This document shows positions 8,954 through 17,613 of a stretch of DNA of 64,000 nucleotides, piece by piece (the first letter of the stretch is position 1; the number at the start of each line of letters is the position of its first letter). Source of the DNA: a virus (taxonomy: Duplodnaviria > Heunggongvirae > Uroviricota > Caudoviricetes); the IMG/VR virus record IMGVR_UViG_3300013104_000003, positions 26,956-90,955 of that record. One strand, written 5' to 3'. The notes below the pieces were generated by a model. That model was not told where the DNA came from. It searched no databases and saw only the letters and a list, made by a program, of their open reading frames with translations. The position numbers were made by a program, and so were the translations under genes.

Positions 8954-9405
8954 TATACATTACCGCCGGTCCATGTACTAGAACCATCTCTTCGTGTAAT
9001 TTTAAGACTTTGCTTTACAATAGCACCTTTTCCGAGCTGTGTAGCACGATTCCACGCTTTCTTCAAGAAGCGATAATAGAAAGGTCCTTTCCCTGATGAT
9101 GGTGTGTAGTCTGGTGCATATACAACATAGGACTTAGTAATCTGGGCAGCTTTATTAGATTTAAAATGGCCTTTATCGTTCTTGACATACTGTGTATCAA
9201 TGATCAAGCCATCGACGTATGCAGTTTCCCAACGAGCAGACTGAGTGTAGAGATAGCCTGTTTTAATATACTCTGTAACGCCTTGAACAATCACCTTACA
9301 GCGTTTATCAGAATCGTATGAAATTACTTTAACTTCACGAATGGGTGCTTCCTCATTTGGGTTATCACCCAGTTCAAGGATTGGGTAGTCTGTGTACGCC
9401 CTCAT
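8935..9405 (-). CDS. Hypothetical early protein
   Basis: 156 aa. Its ATG overlaps the TGA of the upstream small ORF (ATGA). Confidence 0.55.
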   Translation of the reverse strand: MRAYTDYPILELGDNPNEEAPIREVKVISYDSDKRCKVIVQGVTEYIKTGYLYTQSARWETAYVDGLIIDTQYVKNDKGHFKSNKAAQITKSYVVYAPDYTPSSGKGPFYYRFLKKAWNRATQLGKGAIVKQSLKITRRDGSSTWTGGNVYWEVTE

Positions 9406-9578
9406 TCCGAATCACTCCAAATAACCTGTGCACTGTAACGATAGCAACCGTATTCCATCGACTTCTTGTCAGCAAACCGTCTTGCTACAGAGCCTTTATC
9501 AGCAGAATAGGTTTTCAACACTGCTCTGGTTTGATTGTCTACCACTTTGTAGCCTAAAATTTGGCGTTCAGTGTTCAT
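9402..9578 (-). CDS. Small hypothetical protein (58 aa)
   Basis: ATG at 9576-9578. Sits downstream of a predicted promoter. Below the ORF-track cutoff. Confidence 0.35.
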   Translation of the reverse strand: MNTERQILGYKVVDNQTRAVLKTYSADKGSVARRFADKKSMEYGCYRYSAQVIWSDSE

Positions 9579-9617
9579 GATGCTGATTCCTGTGTGTTGT
9601 TTGCTTCGTTATGAACA

Positions 9618-9646
9618 AGCTTAGTATAAAGCTCTCACGAATGCAA
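9618..9646 (-). promoter_or_regulatory. Sigma70-like promoter TTGCAT-N17-TAAGCT (minus strand)
   Basis: Reverse complement of 9641-9646 is TTGCAT. Reverse complement of 9618-9623 is TAAGCT. Confidence 0.4.
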
Positions 9647-9661
9647 GAGCTTTGTGTAAAA

Positions 9662-9859
9662 TTATTCAGAAATTACAGCTATTTCATCCTCACACACTGG
9701 CCAGCAACCCGCTTGTCCAGCGATTCCCTCTTGTTGAACATCGTAAGCCACTTGGTTTCCTTCATAACTTCCTGAAATAACCCCCAAAGAACCTAGTGGA
9801 AAGCTGTCAAAATAGGCCTTAACCACCTTCACTTTATCACCAACTTTAAATTTATTCAT
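9662..9859 (-). CDS. Small protein of the MxKFKVGDKV paralog family
   Basis: N-terminus MNKFKVGDKVKVV is paralogous to 4561-4773. Confidence 0.5.
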   Translation of the reverse strand: MNKFKVGDKVKVVKAYFDSFPLGSLGVISGSYEGNQVAYDVQQEGIAGQAGCWPVCEDEIAVISE

Positions 9860-9869
9860 TTTAAATTCC

Positions 9870-10109
9870 TCAGAGGTCGTTGTATTCTTTCAAAGATTCT
9901 TCAAGACTATAGAATCTTCCAACTACATCTTCTTTGTAATATAATTTAAAGAAGACAGAGGTTAGTGACGGATTAACAAAGGCTGTAAGCTTACGTGGAT
10001 AGTCTGCACAAACAATCTGTTCAAATGTCCAATCTTGCAGGTCTTTCAGTTCTACATATTGACGACGTGCCATCTCATCTCTCCTAGCTATTTGTGTGTT
10101 TGCTTTCAA
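9870..10109 (-). CDS. Hypothetical early protein
   Basis: 79 aa, directly downstream of the promoter at 10117-10145. Confidence 0.5.
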   Translation of the reverse strand: MKANTQIARRDEMARRQYVELKDLQDWTFEQIVCADYPRKLTAFVNPSLTSVFFKLYYKEDVVGRFYSLEESLKEYNDL

Positions 10110-10116
10110 TGACTAA

Positions 10117-10145
10117 ATCTTAGCTCTTGCACAAACCCATGTCAA
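10117..10145 (-). promoter_or_regulatory. Sigma70-like promoter TTGACA-N17-TAAGAT (minus strand)
   Basis: Reverse complement of 10140-10145 is TTGACA. Reverse complement of 10117-10122 is TAAGAT. Confidence 0.55.
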
Positions 10146-10215
10146 CCACTTTTCTTAAATTATTTTTCTACAGGCAAAGAAAAAGCCTCCGGGTTAGGAA
10201 GGCTTTGAGGGTAGA

Positions 10216-10422
10216 TCAATTTCGACGTTTTATTGTCTTAAAAGCTTCATCCAAATACTTTTTGACACGAATCTTCCCGTCACTAATACGAAACACTCGG
10301 TATTGTCCATCGTCAGTCTTAGTGATTGTCCCAAGGATCACTCCACGAGAATCAAACACCCTACGAACACGAGTTCCGGCTACATCTGAATATTTCCCGT
10401 ATACACCACTAGAAGTTTTCAT
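10216..10422 (-). CDS. Small basic protein (possible nucleic-acid binding)
   Basis: 68 aa, K/R-rich. Confidence 0.5.
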   Translation of the reverse strand: MKTSSGVYGKYSDVAGTRVRRVFDSRGVILGTITKTDDGQYRVFRISDGKIRVKKYLDEAFKTIKRRN

Positions 10423-10501
10423 AATGTATTCCTCTTGAGATTGTAAAGAAATAGTTTGCTATAGCCCCAGCAAGCTGCTCCAGTCTTTCCCCTTGAGAGA
10501 T

Positions 10502-10530
10502 AGCTTATGACACCTTATAGATCGTGTCAA
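10502..10530 (-). promoter_or_regulatory. Sigma70-like promoter TTGACA-N17-TAAGCT (minus strand)
   Basis: Reverse complement of 10525-10530 is TTGACA. Reverse complement of 10502-10507 is TAAGCT. Confidence 0.5.
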
Positions 10531-10544
10531 CACCTCATTTCAAA

Positions 10545-10823
10545 TTATTTCAATGTTGGAAGATTTTCGTTGTAAATCAAACCTTTACACACCAAATCTT
10601 CTTCAATTTTCCCACTATCCTGATAATATTTCTTGTCTTCATCGTTATCAAATGCCCAATCAGCAGGGACCCACAACACTGTATCCAAGAATTTCTCAAG
10701 TGTTTCCTTACTCTGTACCAAAGCTCCAAGACAATCGTTACGAGCCTCAGATTGAGGAAAAGATTCAATAGCTTGCTTGATTTGTAAAACGTTCAGATCA
10801 GTGTTGCTGATGGTTGCATTCAT
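10545..10823 (-). CDS. Hypothetical early protein
   Basis: 92-aa minus ORF. Confidence 0.5.
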   Translation of the reverse strand: MNATISNTDLNVLQIKQAIESFPQSEARNDCLGALVQSKETLEKFLDTVLWVPADWAFDNDEDKKYYQDSGKIEEDLVCKGLIYNENLPTLK

Positions 10824-10952
10824 TTTGTCTAGCTCCTGTTGTACCAGTTTTTTTGTTTACTCTGATATACAGTTTATCTGAGCAATTTTACAAATCAAGG
10901 TGTTTTAAATAATTATTTTTGTGTTATTTCCGATTCTGCCATTTCAAGATCA

Positions 10953-11468
10953 TCAGCGATGCTCATGACTTCCTGCCTCGGGTTTGGGGTTGAGGGCGGC
11001 GCGAATCGACTTCGAAAGTTTCGCCGTTGGATTGAGCGCTGCCAGTGTCTGTTCGAGCAATTTCCGAAGCTGCTGGTTATCGGCTGACAGCTCCGCAATG
11101 CGCTGCTCGGCGTCGGCAAGCTGGGCATTCTTGGCGCGGATTTTGTCGTGGATTGAATGCTCGTAATCCCAATCGACTCCGCTCAGCTCGTATGCAGGGT
11201 TTTCCAGCATAGTTTCAGCAAGCCCAACCGTCATTCGCCAAGCAGCATTCGATCCTTCTGAACTCGCACGCAAGCGTTTCTGCTCATCCCGTTCGGCCTC
11301 AGCCGTATCGGCGCGCATGCGTTGGGCGCCCCACAGTGGCGCCATGTTCTGTTCAATATCGGCGGCGACAGAATGTAGGCTGACCATCTGCTGGTTTGCC
11401 GGCTTTGTGCGAGCCATTGTGCGGTAGCTTTCTGCGTACGCCTGAACAGGATTTTTCACATCATCCAT
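10953..11468 (-). CDS. Hypothetical protein encoded by a GC-rich island (moron)
   Basis: 171 aa, A/R/Q-rich coiled-coil-like. The DNA is visibly far more GC-rich than the flanks. Confidence 0.55.
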   Translation of the reverse strand: MDDVKNPVQAYAESYRTMARTKPANQQMVSLHSVAADIEQNMAPLWGAQRMRADTAEAERDEQKRLRASSEGSNAAWRMTVGLAETMLENPAYELSGVDWDYEHSIHDKIRAKNAQLADAEQRIAELSADNQQLRKLLEQTLAALNPTAKLSKSIRAALNPKPEAGSHEHR

Positions 11469-11604
11469 TTTTCAATACCCCATTGAATAAGTTTAAATTT
11501 CATCGTCCTACATCCATATCAATATCATCTTCACTGTCACCACAACTACTGGCAACTCCTACAAGGAGGCAGAATACCACAATTACAAAGATTATCCACC
11601 ACAT

Positions 11605-11865
11605 TTAAAACATTCCTGTAATCTGGTGCCACTTTTCTTCTACGAATTGTACACCCTGCTGATACTCTTTGGAAAATTCTGAGCCATAGATATAATCTAC
11701 ATCTTGTCCACCATTCCAAGTAGACAGCCAAGTCTCAAGAGAAAGCACGCTGTCCAAGCCACAAGCGTAGACCCCATCTACCAGAGCTTCTTTAAAATCT
11801 TCTGTCTCACTTGTCTCATCCAAAGCTTTCTCTAGCTGTGTCTTTAGGATTTCTAGAGGGTTCAT
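11605..11865 (-). CDS. Hypothetical early protein
   Basis: 86 aa with overlapping stop/start. Confidence 0.5.
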   Translation of the reverse strand: MNPLEILKTQLEKALDETSETEDFKEALVDGVYACGLDSVLSLETWLSTWNGGQDVDYIYGSEFSKEYQQGVQFVEEKWHQITGMF

Positions 11866-12167
11866 AGAGGAACCTCAATCTTTGCCCAATGAGTGACATT
11901 AAGCTTTGTCATTTCATCAACTTCATCATAAAAATGCTCGTCATCAATACGGGCAACTAGATACAAAGGCCAACCACTCTTCACTAAGCTGATCGTAAGG
12001 TAGAGCAGAGGCCTTGATGAATGATGTCCACCGCTTTGCATCTTGAATCTGTTCAGCAGATGGACGTTTGGAAACAACAGCTTTTTCTTTACAGCGCTCA
12101 TAACATTCTCCTCATAAATATTGTCTTTCTGTGTTTGTATTGTGGATCGTTGTGGAGGGATTGTCAA
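11862..12167 (-). CDS. Hypothetical early protein
   Basis: 101-aa minus ORF. Confidence 0.5.
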   Translation of the reverse strand: MTIPPQRSTIQTQKDNIYEENVMSAVKKKLLFPNVHLLNRFKMQSGGHHSSRPLLYLTISLVKSGWPLYLVARIDDEHFYDEVDEMTKLNVTHWAKIEVPL

Positions 12168-12436
12168 GGATTGATTTCAATTATTTGAAAAGGAACGTGG
12201 ATAATCTCATCAACAAACTCAGATAAATAATGCGTTGAGCCATCTGCTTTAAAATGCAACCCTTTCGTATTCTCATATAGCTTTACAGAGTTGATATGTC
12301 CTGTGTATTGGTTTAGGACATCAACATATTTGTCAAGGCCTGATTGCTGATTGGGGTGTTGCTTCCTGTCATAAGGCTCTTTGACAATAGCAAACCATCC
12401 GTTGGATTTGAGGGTTTGTGTTTTGATTTCAGTCAT
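12164..12436 (-). CDS. Hypothetical early protein
   Basis: 90-aa minus ORF. Confidence 0.5.
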   Translation of the reverse strand: MTEIKTQTLKSNGWFAIVKEPYDRKQHPNQQSGLDKYVDVLNQYTGHINSVKLYENTKGLHFKADGSTHYLSEFVDEIIHVPFQIIEINP

Positions 12437-12767
12437 TTACTTTCACCACATCTTCATCATAAATAATATCTACAGAGTAAGCCTGCAACCAATCATCATA
12501 AGCTTCCTGCACAGTGTTGCCGTGACCAGAACACACAATTCGTTCGCAGTTTGAATATGGATTCTTTTCATCGCTGGTACAAATCCAACTCAGATTCCAC
12601 TTCTTGTTGCAGGTGATAACAGGCTTAGGGAAGTGTCCAATTCGCAAAGGATCTTGCCACATTTTGTCAATGAGCTTTTGGATTTCAGCCCATTTTTCAG
12701 GGCTGCCCTTTAGTTTGATTTCAGTCAAGAGCTTTCTCCTCATTAGAAATAAACCACTTACACCCAT
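12429..12767 (-). CDS. Hypothetical protein, GHGxTVQEA-motif paralog family
   Basis: 112 aa. CSGHGNTVQEAYDDWL matches IFGHGDTVQEAWKDYL in 13351-13584. Confidence 0.5.
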   Translation of the reverse strand: MGVSGLFLMRRKLLTEIKLKGSPEKWAEIQKLIDKMWQDPLRIGHFPKPVITCNKKWNLSWICTSDEKNPYSNCERIVCSGHGNTVQEAYDDWLQAYSVDIIYDEDVVKVND

Positions 12768-12874
12768 CGTTCGGATTCTTGCAAGCTACCACCATGCACA
12801 AGAATGCCTGATACTTTGGCAAAGGTGGACGTGTGTATCTCTCACAGGATTCTTTGGCGTTACAGCCTGTGCCT

Positions 12875-13063
12875 TCACATTTGATCGATGCGCTCATTTA
12901 TATTCTCCTCTAAATTACTAATAACGTCATGTAGAACTTTTAAAGCACTCTTAACACCTTCTTTATCATAGGTGACATACAGCCGACCAGACTTTATTGG
13001 ATGGTTCAGGAAAATGTGAACATCCTTCAAAGCGTTTTCTACAGATTTCTTAACTTCACTCAT
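12875..13063 (-). CDS. Hypothetical early protein
   Basis: 62-aa minus ORF. Confidence 0.45.
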   Translation of the reverse strand: MSEVKKSVENALKDVHIFLNHPIKSGRLYVTYDKEGVKSALKVLHDVISNLEENINERIDQM

Positions 13064-13385
13064 AAGATTCTCCCTCTACATAGCTAACCTTCTCCATCAC
13101 CACTTGTTCAACTTTACGTGTCAACGGGACTAATTCAATCTCACCCTCAAGCCAACCGTGGGCAAAACTGGTTTCGACAAACACCATCATATATTTTTCA
13201 CCTTCTAGAGATTTAATATAGAAAGTTTCGTAAATGTTTTGTTTATGCGGCTCTTGTGTCCGGTCGTGCTGTGCATCTGGATCATAACCATTCTCTTCGC
13301 ACCAATCACAGAATGCAGAGTAGCCATCGAAACTAAATATGTTGCTCATTTTATTTCTCCTCACATTCAGCCAAGAATTCATCAA
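13056..13385 (-). CDS. Hypothetical protein, FxFDGY..WCxxNGYDP paralog family
   Basis: 109 aa. FSFDGYSAFCDWCEENGYDP matches FHFDGYCEFEEWCSGNGYDP in 13581-13853. Confidence 0.5.
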   Translation of the reverse strand: MMNSWLNVRRNKMSNIFSFDGYSAFCDWCEENGYDPDAQHDRTQEPHKQNIYETFYIKSLEGEKYMMVFVETSFAHGWLEGEIELVPLTRKVEQVVMEKVSYVEGESYE

Positions 13386-13584
13386 ACTCTTTCACTTCGT
13401 TCAAATAATCCTTCCAAGCCTCTTGCACTGTATCGCCATGACCAAAGATACGTGGATCAGATTCTTTCTGATTAGGATCAAGCTTGTGTCTGTCTTCCAT
13501 GCTGGTTACACACCACTGCATAATGGGTCCGGGCCACTCATCGAAGGGTGAGAATACTCCGGCTCGTTTTATGTGAGGCTTCAT
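13351..13584 (-). CDS. Hypothetical protein, GHGxTVQEA-motif paralog family
   Basis: 77 aa. Paralog of 12429-12767. Confidence 0.5.
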   Translation of the reverse strand: MKPHIKRAGVFSPFDEWPGPIMQWCVTSMEDRHKLDPNQKESDPRIFGHGDTVQEAWKDYLNEVKEFDEFLAECEEK

Positions 13585-13853
13585 TTCTTAACCGTATAAA
13601 CATTTTTTGTAGTTACAATGGTCTTCTGCTCATATCCTTCTGTCACACAGATATCAGTCCAACCCCATTGATCAGAAACTACTACACTGACGCAAGCGAA
13701 GCTGCCGTCAATAGAATTTTCAAGATAAAAACTTTGAAGCATATCTATCTTGTGAACATCCGTGCAGACATCCAGCAATTTTTCTGGATCGTAGCCATTA
13801 CCTGAGCACCATTCCTCAAACTCACAGTACCCATCAAAATGAAATTCAGTCAT
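13581..13853 (-). CDS. Hypothetical protein, paralog of 13056-13385
   Basis: 90 aa. Shares the N-terminal motif with 13056-13385. Confidence 0.5.
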   Translation of the reverse strand: MTEFHFDGYCEFEEWCSGNGYDPEKLLDVCTDVHKIDMLQSFYLENSIDGSFACVSVVVSDQWGWTDICVTEGYEQKTIVTTKNVYTVKK

Positions 13854-13984
13854 TGTTTCTTATCCTCCAATAGTTTAATTATAATGCATTGAATCGTAGC
13901 CTTCAGTTGCCCATAAGGCATAGGCATGTCTAATAATTGCATGATTTCAGAAGCTGTGTCAAGAGCTTTTTGGTCTGTATTCAA

Positions 13985-14218
13985 TTAGTCGACTCCTTTT
14001 ACCATTTCAAAGTGAGCAGAGTTAAACCATTGGTTATCAACCTCCTCTAGTAAAACTGAGGTATGGAAACTGCCTACATTTGTCTTCTTAACGGTATAAA
14101 TTTCACCTACAATCAAATAATCATTGGCTTGGTGTAAATCACTGTCGTACCCATTCTTCCCAGTGTATCTTACTTTTGTACCTTTACTCGAATAAATATT
14201 CACACAAATCTCCTTCAT
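13985..14218 (-). CDS. Hypothetical early protein
   Basis: 77-aa minus ORF. Confidence 0.5.
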   Translation of the reverse strand: MKEICVNIYSSKGTKVRYTGKNGYDSDLHQANDYLIVGEIYTVKKTNVGSFHTSVLLEEVDNQWFNSAHFEMVKGVD

Positions 14219-14237
14219 ACCCCATTAATATCTTAGG

Positions 14238-14444
14238 TCAGGCTCCCAAGTATTCGCTCTCTTCCAAAGATGCATCACCTAACTCCTCAATATAGTTTTT
14301 AACAGCATCAATTGTGTCTTTTAATTCCCACCAAATGGCTGTCAACATTTCATCATCATTTTCTATGTCTGTAATCTCATTTAAAGCAGTTTCAAGAAGA
14401 TCTGCACATTCTACAAGAGCTGTATATTTTGTACATTTGTTCAT
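14238..14444 (-). CDS. Hypothetical small acidic protein
   Basis: 68 aa, acidic. Confidence 0.45.
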   Translation of the reverse strand: MNKCTKYTALVECADLLETALNEITDIENDDEMLTAIWWELKDTIDAVKNYIEELGDASLEESEYLGA

Positions 14445-14635
14445 TTCTGTTTACCCCTGTATTGAGTCTTCAAGTGTTCAAGTTGATCTATAGCAAACTC
14501 GCCACGATATTCATAACCAATATATTCAGCAAAGTTACCAACCCCGTACGAACGGATGGCGTTTTCAAATACGTCCATCATTGTGCCCGCCTCTACAAAG
14601 GGTAACGCGTTTGGACTGAACTCATCATTATTCAT
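14441..14635 (-). CDS. Hypothetical early protein
   Basis: 64 aa. 4-nt overlap with the downstream gene. Confidence 0.45.
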   Translation of the reverse strand: MNNDEFSPNALPFVEAGTMMDVFENAIRSYGVGNFAEYIGYEYRGEFAIDQLEHLKTQYRGKQK

Positions 14636-14723
14636 TAGTTTCTCCCTAAATTTCTATCATTTGTTGTACACATTATGCAAATAATCATAAGTGGGTAAAT
14701 CAGTAGACACCACAATATAAACA

Positions 14724-14978
14724 TTAGGGCTTCTCCGGCTTATCTAAAATGATAACTCTACAAGGTGCCCAGCTTAGGTTTAAAGATTCATTTCTCTCCA
14801 AATCCCAGCCTGTCCACCATTTTGTCTTACTTGTTTTGTGTGTCCAGATTCTACAGACCTTGGCATCCCACCAAGGCTTACCTTCTGAATATTCATTCTG
14901 AAAACATATCCAAGCATAGCCACTAAATGTTGGGTCAATATCTTCTAAGGTTTGCCAAGTCATAAAACCTCCTTCCAA
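14724..14978 (-). CDS. Hypothetical Trp-rich protein
   Basis: 84 aa, rich in W. Confidence 0.45.
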   Translation of the reverse strand: MEGGFMTWQTLEDIDPTFSGYAWICFQNEYSEGKPWWDAKVCRIWTHKTSKTKWWTGWDLERNESLNLSWAPCRVIILDKPEKP

Positions 14979-15244
14979 CCTGTCACACTCTCCATGTTAC
15001 CAAACTCTGTGTTCCACTCACCTTCTAGCTCATTGTCAACACCATTTTGATAATACCACCAACGATGTGTGTAGTCTTCATAGCAGCCAATATCATACAA
15101 AGTGTCACCCTTGTAATCAACTCCACACTTCAGGAATATTTTTGTTCCGTTGTTTGGTAACAGACTTGCTGGTCGCCATGGACGATTGTCTTTCTCCAAT
15201 CTCTCAAGAAGCTTTTCATATTCTGCACGATATTCCCAAGTCAT
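14960..15244 (-). CDS. Hypothetical Trp-rich protein
   Basis: 94-aa minus ORF. Confidence 0.5.
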   Translation of the reverse strand: MTWEYRAEYEKLLERLEKDNRPWRPASLLPNNGTKIFLKCGVDYKGDTLYDIGCYEDYTHRWWYYQNGVDNELEGEWNTEFGNMESVTGWKEVL

Positions 15245-15517
15245 TTATTCATCTCCCACAATCGGTCCATACTTACCCATCCCGATATATTCTGAATCAT
15301 CTTCACTAACCCAGAATTCATAGTAGCTTCCCTTAAACCCATGATTCAATCTCACTTTAGACAAATCAGCATTAGGATTTTGAAGCAACCAATGAGCAAT
15401 AAAACACTCTTGGTTTGAGTTTACCGCCTCCTTGATACGCTTAGTCAGCTCATCTCGAATGTCTGAAGCTGTTCGGTCTAGTGAGTCGTTGTAGTCGTTC
15501 ATTCCTCTTCTTCCCAT
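15245..15517 (-). CDS. Hypothetical early protein
   Basis: 90-aa minus ORF. Confidence 0.5.
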   Translation of the reverse strand: MGRRGMNDYNDSLDRTASDIRDELTKRIKEAVNSNQECFIAHWLLQNPNADLSKVRLNHGFKGSYYEFWVSEDDSEYIGMGKYGPIVGDE

Positions 15518-15684
15518 TTCCTATCTTCATAATCACTAAATTCACACAACAGATTCCAGTATGCATCAAAACTTACATATTGTCCAAATTCTGTTGTAAT
15601 TTTCTGTACAGATGCTTGACCGAAGTCGTGGTATTCTACTTTGAAATCATAGCGTCTTGGGGTCATGTGTTCAAGGCTGGACAT
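15499..15684 (-). CDS. Hypothetical early protein
   Basis: 61-aa minus ORF. Confidence 0.4.
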   Translation of the reverse strand: MSSLEHMTPRRYDFKVEYHDFGQASVQKITTEFGQYVSFDAYWNLLCEFSDYEDRKWEEEE

Positions 15685-15879
15685 TTAAATCTCTCCATCC
15701 ACAAACTGTGAAAGAAATCCTATCAGTTCAATAACATCTTCACGAAATAACACAGAAGGATTTGATGAGTTCACGTATAAAAGAATTTCATCTGAATCTT
15801 CATACAGAAACTTGATATCATCCCCAGAACCATCAAGCTCAATCATGTGTATGTCTGCGTTCATCTGCCAATTAGCCAT
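15685..15879 (-). CDS. Hypothetical small acidic protein
   Basis: 64-aa minus ORF. Confidence 0.4.
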   Translation of the reverse strand: MANWQMNADIHMIELDGSGDDIKFLYEDSDEILLYVNSSNPSVLFREDVIELIGFLSQFVDGEI

Positions 15880-16086
15880 TTAATCCTCCAGACTATCTGT
15901 TAGAAAGAGGATTTTCTCATCTTCTTCTGTGAATGTAAAGCAGTAATCGCCTTCATCTGTGCAATCTACAGTCCAGATGTCATTAATTTTAGTTGGCTCC
16001 ATCCACACTCTGAAGCTGTAGGGTTCACCGTCTGAGTCCATAGCATAGAACCGCTGACGGTTTTTCAAATCTTTAATTTTTAGCAT
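15880..16086 (-). CDS. Hypothetical early protein
   Basis: 68-aa minus ORF. Confidence 0.45.
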   Translation of the reverse strand: MLKIKDLKNRQRFYAMDSDGEPYSFRVWMEPTKINDIWTVDCTDEGDYCFTFTEEDEKILFLTDSLED

Positions 16087-16295
16087 TATTCACCCCACCC
16101 GTTGTAGTCTGTCCAATCCTCCACTAGCACTACATAGTCTTCATAGGGCCAGAATTCTTTTATCAAGGCGTACTTATTAGTTTCATAATTCTTAATAAAG
16201 TAGTGCAAATGCCCTTCAATTTCTTGCATGTTCCAATCATTAATATTTGAGTAGCCTGTCTCTGTCATCCAAGCTTGGAACTCTTTCTTATTCAT
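16086..16295 (-). CDS. Hypothetical protein, MNKxxF..W...GY...DWN paralog family
   Basis: 69 aa. N- and C-terminal motifs are shared with 16775-17035 (DWTDYNGWGE vs DWTDFNGWAE). Confidence 0.5.
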   Translation of the reverse strand: MNKKEFQAWMTETGYSNINDWNMQEIEGHLHYFIKNYETNKYALIKEFWPYEDYVVLVEDWTDYNGWGE

Positions 16296-16566
16296 TCTTG
16301 TTCACCCTATTATATTCTTGCCTAGCCCATTCCATAATTGTGTTGTATCCACCTCTAACGTTGGCTGGGATTTCCATTTCTGTATAGTCAGGTAAAGGCC
16401 AGCGGGTTACAATACTGTTGCCAGCTTTAGCTAGTGCTTCATACTTGCGGATTTCAAAGTTCCAACCACCGTTCTCCACAACACCAGACTTGAGATTACC
16501 CTCACTATCTCGTTTCACAGAGCTGAGGAGCAAAGAAGGTTCTCCATCTAGAAACAGACAAATCAT
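16288..16566 (-). CDS. Hypothetical early protein
   Basis: 92-aa minus ORF. Confidence 0.5.
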   Translation of the reverse strand: MICLFLDGEPSLLLSSVKRDSEGNLKSGVVENGGWNFEIRKYEALAKAGNSIVTRWPLPDYTEMEIPANVRGGYNTIMEWARQEYNRVNKNE

Positions 16567-16784
16567 TTCAATTCCTCAATTACAAAATCCTTTTGGCTGT
16601 CATACAAACCCTTTCCATCAGTAAAGTAGTCACGATATGTTGTGTGCATATGTAAAGCAAAAGCGTTTTTAGCTGCCCCAATTGTAGCCCATCCACACTT
16701 TGAACCAAACTTGATAAGCTTGCCTGTAGAAACTTGTCGAATCACATACACAGATGTTACTTCAAACGCACGACTCATTTCCAA
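16563..16784 (-). CDS. Hypothetical early protein
   Basis: 73-aa minus ORF. Confidence 0.45.
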   Translation of the reverse strand: MEMSRAFEVTSVYVIRQVSTGKLIKFGSKCGWATIGAAKNAFALHMHTTYRDYFTDGKGLYDSQKDFVIEELK

Positions 16785-17035
16785 ACTCCTTCTGTTTCTT
16801 TATGAAATTTCTCAGCCCAACCATTGAAATCTGTCCAATCCTGAACAACCACTTTGTACCAATCTTGCCAAGCTGTTCCTTTTATCTCAGGTCTGTATTC
16901 AATTAAAGCAAACTTATTTGTCTTAGGATTGATTATAAAATAATAGTGACTAGAGCCAATCACCTGATAATTCCAATCCGTTGCGGTTAGATACCCCCAC
17001 AAATTGCACCATTTTGAAAACTGTTCCTTATTCAT
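16775..17035 (-). CDS. Hypothetical protein, paralog of 16086-16295
   Basis: 86 aa. Shares motifs with 16086-16295. Confidence 0.5.
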   Translation of the reverse strand: MNKEQFSKWCNLWGYLTATDWNYQVIGSSHYYFIINPKTNKFALIEYRPEIKGTAWQDWYKVVVQDWTDFNGWAEKFHKETEGVWK

Positions 17036-17205
17036 TTAACATCTCCAGAGGAACCAATTTGTAAACCTTGCAGCAAAGAAACTCGGCTGTGTACTTTGCG
17101 GCTTCAAGATTCATAATCTCGTTTCCAGCACTATTAGGTGCCTCGTTCCAATAGATCCGGTCTGGATATTTCTTGTCATCAATTACTACATACATATCAG
17201 TCATG

Positions 17206-17388
17206 TCATTCTCCCTCTAAAACTTTTTCTGCATAGATCAGAAACTGCCTAGATAGTTCCTTGTGAGATTCCCAAAGCTCAGCTTGATCTTCTGGAAACA
17301 ATTCCTCAATGAGAATTTGGGCAGTTGTTTCTGACATCCGCACCACAAGAAATTCTGTGCAGTGCTTTACAAATTCTTGGTAGATCAT
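17206..17388 (-). CDS. Hypothetical early protein
   Basis: 60-aa minus ORF. Confidence 0.4.
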   Translation of the reverse strand: MIYQEFVKHCTEFLVVRMSETTAQILIEELFPEDQAELWESHKELSRQFLIYAEKVLEGE

Positions 17389-17603
17389 TCTACACCCTCC
17401 TCATAGTAAGCTTTAACCGAGTATGTAATTTGCATCAACATACCGAGACCAGAGTCAAACAAATGTGCTTGCTTTCGAGCATCATACATAGCCTTCCTGT
17501 ATGCTTGCAACTCTTCAACAGCTTCACAGATTTCTGAGTCGTAATGACGTAAAGAGTATTCATCTGCGTTTAGGATGTCGTTTAGTGCTTTGTCGGTGAT
17601 CAT
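17385..17603 (-). CDS. Hypothetical early protein
   Basis: 72 aa. 4-nt overlap with the downstream gene. Confidence 0.45.
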   Translation of the reverse strand: MITDKALNDILNADEYSLRHYDSEICEAVEELQAYRKAMYDARKQAHLFDSGLGMLMQITYSVKAYYEEGVE

Positions 17604-17613
17604 TTATTACTCC

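Noticed and set aside
12162-12167. Additional minus-strand TTGACA hexamer
   Set aside because: No acceptable -10 element at 16-18 nt spacing, and it lies within overlapping coding sequence.
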